Positions 58,128-64,000 of a DNA stretch of 64,000 bases are shown here, piece by piece (within the stretch, counting starts at the first letter, position 1; each line of letters opens with the position of its first letter). Where the stretch lies: positions 1 to 64,000 of the forward strand of contig CDMY01000217.1 in assembly GCA_001179505.1 (NCBI GenBank), in the 5' to 3' direction. Origin of the DNA: Vitrella brassicaformis CCMP3155. Its lineage: Eukaryota; Protista; Chromerida. The notes beneath the pieces were generated by a model. That model searched no databases and had not been told where the DNA came from. It saw nothing but the letters and a program-made list of their open reading frames with translations. The translations under genes and the position numbers were made by a program.

Positions 58128-60237
58128 TAAAGACCCCCACACACACGCCCCACACCCCACACCCGCCCCCACAAGCGAACCTTTCCTAGCATCCGATTGC
58201 CGGCCCTCGCCACCACCAGCTGCACCGTCCTGGCCGCCGCCGCCGCCGTCTGGTGGTGCGATGACCACCCAACCAGCACCACCACCACCACCATCACCAT
58301 CACCACCATGTTGCTCCAACACGCGAGCCACCGAGGACTTGCCTGCACACAGTCCACACAGAGAGACACAGAGAGAGAGAGGGATGGAGGGATGGAGGGA
58401 TGGATGTNNNNNNNNNNNNNNNNNNNNNNNNNNNNNNNNNNNNNNNNNNNNNNNNNNNNNNNNNNNNNNNNNNNNNNNNNNNNNNNNNNNNNNNNNNNNN
58501 NNNNNNNNNNNNNNNNNNNNNNNNNNNNNNNNNNNNNNNNNNNNNNNNNNNNNNNNNNNNNNNNNNNNNNNNNNNNNNNNNNNNNNNNNNNNNNNNNNNN
58601 NNNNNNNNNNNNNNNNNNNNNNNNNNNNNNNNNNNNNNNNNNNNNNNNNNNNNNNNNNNNNNNNNNNNNNNNNNNNNNNNNNNNNNNNNNNNNNNNNNNN
58701 NNNNNNNGGGGGGGGGGGGGGGGGCTGCGTACGTCGCATGTCTCTAGTTTTGTGTTCTCGTCGGGCCGCAGACGCCCATACTGCAAGGAGGCCTGCTGCT
58801 GCTGCTGCAGTGCATTCCTCTCCCTCTGTGTGCGTGTGCGCCGGTTGCGTGTCTTTTGTGGCCGATGTGTGCTGGGGGTGGCACTGCTGCCGGTGGTGGT
58901 GGTGGTGGCGGTGGGGGGGATGCTGGCCCTTGTGTGTGGGGGGTGGGTCGACCGACCTGCAGACACACACACACACACACACACAGAGGGAGAGAGGGAG
59001 AGAGGGAGAGAGAGGGGATGGCGTCTCTAGATGGTATCCATCAAGGCTTACCTGTCTCTCTCTCTGCCTCTGCCCGTCTCTGTGTCGGTCTCGGTGTCTG
59101 CGCTTCTGCGTGGTGTTGCGCCAGCTCCCATTCGTCCGCAGAATCAAACACGTCGTCGCTGTCGCTGTACTCCTGCAGCCATCCACACACACACAAATGG
59201 GTGAGCGGCTGTGTAGGTGTGGGTGTGCCTACAGGTCTGCGCGTGTCGTTGGCAGCGGGCGAAGGCATTTGCAGCGCGTCGAAGGTGCCAATGGCGCCAG
59301 AGGCATCTCCAGGGGCGGTTTGGCTGTCCTATACGACACACACATCCACAAATCCACACAAAACACACACCCGCTCAGAATGCCCAGAGTGGTCACATAC
59401 GTCGGGCGCTTGGCGAGAGGAAGACACAGACACAGACACAGAAGCCGCTTCTGCACACAACACACACACACCACTTGTGGTGGATGCTTGCACAATCGAT
59501 TTCTAAGGCGTACGCCTGTGTGTCGTCGTCTCTCTGGTGGTGGTGGTGGTGGGCGTCTGCTGGGTGCTCGGCACAGCTGTGGACCTCTCCTAACCACACA
59601 ATCACACACATACACATAAAGAGAGAGGGGGAGGGAGGGGGGGAGAGGTCACTGGCTGACCTGGTCCCTGTCTGTAAAGAGGGGTTGGCTGCAGTGCTCA
59701 CACCGGGGATCCTCGTCTTTCGCCAGCTCTAGCTCCAAAGCATTGGGCAAGCTGACACATACAGAGAGAGAGAGATAGAGGGAGGGGGAGAGAGGGGTGG
59801 GTGCGTGTGTGTGTGCGTTACCCACCCACAGCTCTCGCAAAGGAAGTACTCAGGGGGATCCTTGTCTCTGTCTCGGTCATTGTCAGAGGCAGCCTGCTGC
59901 TCATAGACCAACCACAACAATGGATGGATGGATGGACGGACGGATGGATGGATGGATGGATGGAAGCACATGCACACACCCGGGCATACCTTTGAAGCAC
60001 CTGCACCAGCATCAGCAGCAGCAACCGGGGGGTTCGTTGCTCGCGTCGCCGCCCGCTGCCTCTGCAAACAAACAATACTACCACCACCTCTCTACCTCTC
60101 CCCCCCCTCTCAGACACCCACCCCACCTGACCTTTTGCTCCTTCTTTCTCCTCTTGGTCTCCTTCCGCCGCTGATTGCGGGTCATGTGGGGGGCCGGCCG
60201 AGCCGAGGATGACGCCGCCTGCTGCTGCTGATGGGAC

Positions 60238-60272
<35 letters not shown>

Positions 60273-60917
60273 GAGAGAGAGAGAGGGAGAGGGTGAGAGA
60301 GGGGGTGGGTATCCATCCACTTGTGTGCCTGTCTGTTGTGTGTCTGTCTGTCGGTCTGCCTGTCTGTGACTGAATGATTGTGTGCACCTCCCTGTCTGTC
60401 CCCCCCACCGACCCCTCTGACCGTTCTCCTTCCTCCGTCCACAGCACCGCCCCGCACTTCTGGCAGGCGAACTCGTCAGCCTCTTCCAGGCCCTCTATCA
60501 GCATATTCTTGTACCTGACACACACGCACACGCACACACACACGCACATTAACACACACCAATTGTTAACACGCCCATCAAGCCATATTTTGGTGTGCGT
60601 GCATTGGCCTGTGCGGTGTGCATCTACATACCTGCAGTGAGGGCACTCGATGTGCGGCTCATCGTTTGGCTCATCGTTTTGCTCGTAGTCGCAAAAAAGG
60701 TCTCCTTCGGCGTCTTCAATGACATTCCCGTAGTCGTCATACCTATAAAAGTGCACACACATAGGCACGCACACACACACAGGGCACAGGGAGAGAGTCC
60801 GTCTGACAGTGTCTGTCAATGGCCGCATCTGGTGCCCGTATCTCTCAGTCACTCTCACCGTCTGTGCTCTCCTCCCTCGCCGAAGTCGCCAAATCCGTCG
60901 TCAGAACTCACATCCAT
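57182..60917 (-). CDS. Hypothetical protein with two CxxC...CxxC zinc-ribbon modules; spans two gaps
   Basis: MDVSSDDGFGDFGEGGEHR|RYDDYG...IECPHC|RYKNMLIEGLEEADEFACQKCGAVL, then YFLCESCG|...DPRCEHCSQPL. 3' end approximate. Confidence 0.55.
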
Positions 60918-61091
60918 CGCCACTCAGCGAGCTCAAAATCCTCAGGCTGGGGGCGTGGGGGGCCCGCCGTCTCGCCCGCCGTCTCACTGCCAGTGCCTTC
61001 GTTTCTCTTCCCTGTGTGCCGAGCGAGGGCAAGAAGAGCTAGTGCAGAAAGATCGAATCGACCTCATCGCTGGTCTGAGTCGCGCGCAGCA

Positions 61092-62877
61092 ATGGGAGGT
61101 TTCTGTTCGCAGCCGCAGCGGAGCGCCAAGCATGTGGTCATCGTTGGAGGGTCGGTCAACTCGAACGAACGAACAGGGGGCAGGGAGGAGAGGAGGAGAT
61201 GCATCTGTGCGTGTGTTTGTGTTTCACATGTGTCTGCAGAGGTTTGGGCGGCAAGTCGATGGCGGGCCTCGCAGACACAGCTTTCGCCGTCACTCTCGTC
61301 GAGAAACGGGGTACGGGGCACTGGGTAGCACTGGGGCGGGGGAAGCTCATGTGTGCAGAGGCATGCATTTGCAATTGCAATGCAGGTGCGATGATCTACA
61401 AGATCGGCATGCCCCGAGGCCTCGTCGACACCTCCTTCGCCACCGACTGCCTGGTGAAATGAATGCTATGACAATGCCTTTCTTGCCGACACTGTGTGTG
61501 TGTCTGTTTGGTTTGCAGGTGCCATACGACAAGCTGATGCCCAATGGCGGCACTGTGCGGACGGGTGTGGCGGTGACTCGTGTGGACGGCAGTGCGTCGA
61601 AGGTCCACCTCGACAATGGCAGCGACCTTTCGTACGACTACCTCATTCTCGCCGTCGGGGCCCGCAGTCACAGCCCTTGCGAGCCGCCCCCCAACGCCTG
61701 TGACGAGACATCCACTGCTGGCATCATTGAGTACTTCAAGAAGGTGATCGGCTCTCTGATCGGCAAATCGGCAGATCGGGAGCATTTCCGTCGGTCATGA
61801 CGATGACGATGGTGTGTGTCATTGCAGGTGTGTGAGGAGATCAAGACGGCGAGCAGGGTGGTGCTAGTGGGGGGCGGGCCAGTGGGTGTGGAGCTGGCGG
61901 GGGAGATCAGGCAGGCCTTCGGGGCGGAGAAGAGCATCACCGTCTGCCACAGCGGGCCGGCGCCGTGCCACAATCAGCAGGGCATCGACACGCCAGCTGG
62001 TACTCTCACCGACCGAGAGAGCGAGCGACCGATAGCCATCCTCTCTCTCTCTCCTTTCCTTCCCTGGTCGTCGCTTGGTGCGTGCAGCCTTCCAGAAGAA
62101 GCTGCTCGACGCGTGCAAAGCCCAGAACATCGACCTGAAGCTCAATGTCAAAGCCGACCTGTCCACACCGGCCGTCCAAGAGCAGCTTGCCCAGAAGGGC
62201 TATGCCACCGGAGACCTCCCCATCACCCTCTCTGACGGAGAGGTCATCCAGGCTGACATGGTGATTTCCTGCATCGGCGCCACACCTGGCGGACAAACCC
62301 TTGAAGGCGTCACGTTGGACGGGAAGGGCGCGATCAAGGTCAACGAGCACCTGCAGGTGGAAGGCTTCGACGCGGGCAATGTGTTCGCCATCGGAGATTG
62401 CACCAACACCCAGGAGCTGCGGCTGTCCGGCACTGTAGGCCACCGACTGGGAGAAGGGAAGGAAGAATGTTTTTCCTTACTCTCTCTCTGTGTCTGTGTC
62501 GTTTTGTTTTTCAGGCGGCAGGGAAGTACAAGATGGGCATGATGGGGGCGACGGGCAATGCTGACGTGGTGTTTGACAACATCAAAGCCATCGAGAAGGG
62601 GAAGAAGCCGTCAGCCAAGATCGTGCAGCCGCCCAAGACGGCGATGATGATCGTCCCTGTCGGCACACACGACAAAGTACGCTACGCCTGTCGTGTGTGT
62701 CTGTGTCTCGCTGTCTCAATGTGTGTGTGTGTGTGTGTGTGTGTGCAGAAGATGGGCGCGGTGGTCGCTCCGGTGCCTAACATGAGGCACGGGACGCTGA
62801 TGGGGTTCAAGCAGAAGGACTACTTCCTGAAGATTCAGAGAGACATCATGAACGCACCCCTCTCAGCCAAGAAATGA
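61092..62877 (+). CDS. FAD-dependent pyridine-nucleotide oxidoreductase, AIFM2/FSP1-like; multi-exon
   Basis: KHVVIVGGGLGG (FAD Rossmann motif, spliced), VTLVEK, YDYLILAVGA, VVLVGGGPVGVELAGEI (NAD(P)H motif), IKVNEHLQVEG, VFAIGDC. N-terminus MGGFCS. Confidence 0.88.
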
Positions 62878-63003
62878 CCAACGATCAGTGAATGGACAAC
62901 GGGAACAATGTAATGAACACACACATGACAGCGTGAGCATCATGTGTCTGTGCGTGTGAGTGAGAGAGACAGGCACACACAGTCTGCCTGCCTATCTGCC
63001 TGT

Positions 63004-63316
63004 CTGTCTCCTTCTTTACGCCCGCGTGGCCGTCTTGTGGTTTGTTTGGCTTGATTTCGGTGCGCCCGTGTCGATTGTTCCTGTCTGTCTGTGTGCGGTG
63101 CATTCGGACGGACAGGGGGTGAGGGTGTGGCGCGGCCATGAGGTCGATACACACACACATCTGTCTCCTTCTTTACGCCCGCGTGGCCGTCTTGTGGTTT
63201 GTTTGGCTTGATTTCGGTGCGCCCGTGTCGATTGTTCCTGTCTGTCTGTGTGCGGTGCATTCGGACGGACAGGGGGTGAGGGTGTGGCGCGGCCATGAGG
63301 TCGATACACACACACA
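63004..63316. repeat. Near-exact tandem duplication of a 157-bp unit
   Basis: ctgtctccttctttacgccc... starts at 63004 and 63161. Confidence 0.92.
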
Positions 63317-63357
63317 GAGAGACAGAAAGAGAGAGACGACGAGTGGACAATGAGCTC

Positions 63358-63523
63358 ATGTCGAGACCCAATCACAGCCATCCACCAACATACACATTTT
63401 CCCCTCCAGACACGCTGCCCTACCTCCCCGCCACCGCCCCCTCCACCCACTGATCCCCTCGGCCGACGTCGATCTTTGGTGGGCCGGCCAGGGGAAATGC
63501 CCGGCCAGTGAGAAATGCCACAC
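63358..63523 (-). pseudogene. Internal TLDc-family fragment with a frameshift and stops
   Basis: Reads VWHFSLAGHFP / PTKIDVGRGDQWV..AVAGR*GSVSGGENVYVGGWL*LGL, homologous to the middle of the TLDc genes. Confidence 0.7.
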
Positions 63524-64000
63524 GTCAGTCAGTTTGTTGTGTGCATATGTCCGTGCGTTTGTTCATTGACGTCATGCGCCTTTCGTCCGTCTGAGTGAAG
63601 GTGTCCGTCCACTGCCCGTCCAGCCAGGCTTAATCAAGTCACACAGACAACCCATGTCAGGTCAGCCAGGCAGCCAAGCGATCAAAAACAGACGGGCGGC
63701 GGAGAAGGATACGAAACAGCAGCTGTCTCTTTGGCTGGGTGCGTGTGTGCGGCGTTCGCTCCAGCTCTATCTATCTATTCGCTTGGCTCGAGACAGACGG
63801 AGTGGGTCCTCACAGTGGGAAAAATAAGATAAATTCCCTTTGTGTCTGCCTTGGTCTTGACCTTGCAGCTGTAGCCTTTCTTGCAGCGCTGCAGAGGGCC
63901 GCAGGTTTCCAAGTGGTCGCCTTTTGTCTGCAAACACACGTACGTGTGTTGGCTACGTCATCGTCATGCACGAGTCATCATCAGTGCTTTCCCCCCTTTC

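Noticed and set aside
57973-59619. Long ORFs in the track (e.g. 548 aa here, and many HTHT/CVCV/ERER ORFs elsewhere)
   Set aside because: They are artefacts of stop-free microsatellite introns and N gaps.
1-64000. tRNA, rRNA or snRNA genes
   Set aside because: No cloverleaf, rRNA or spliceosomal RNA signature was recognised by eye. A tRNAscan-SE or Infernal run is needed to exclude them.

Overview
Eukaryotic, GC-rich, intron-dense genomic DNA. Short GT-AG introns are filled with (CA)n, (GA)n, (CT)n and (GT)n tracts. Gene content and style suggest a chromerid alveolate such as Vitrella brassicaformis; this is an inference, not a database match. The first ~17 kb is an accessory/TE region. It holds a Copia gag-protease relic, a 5'-truncated TLDc gene, and ~60-bp minisatellite arrays in both orientations around two 99-nt ankyrin exons. 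It also holds a frameshifted Penelope-like retroelement with permuted order (N-terminal GIY-YIG, then RT) and an intronless, bacterial-type DUF900 alpha/beta hydrolase with lesions. About 17-36.6 kb and 50-63 kb carry spliced genes: a heptatricopeptide-repeat (HPR) protein plus a partial duplicate, succinyl-CoA ligase beta, SMIM4/UQCC5-like, GRIPAP1-like, two membrane proteins, a zinc-ribbon protein and an AIFM2/FSP1-like oxidoreductase. About 36.9-49.8 kb is a tandem cluster of signal-peptide-bearing TLDc genes. Two of them have near-identical flanks but a strongly divergent C-terminal half. The best leads are the variable secreted TLDc cluster, the N-terminal-EN Penelope-like element, the complementary (AC)n...(GT)n intron architecture and the probable bacterial gene transfer. 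Exon structures were read by eye; gene ends are approximate where stated. There are five 300-N placeholder gaps.
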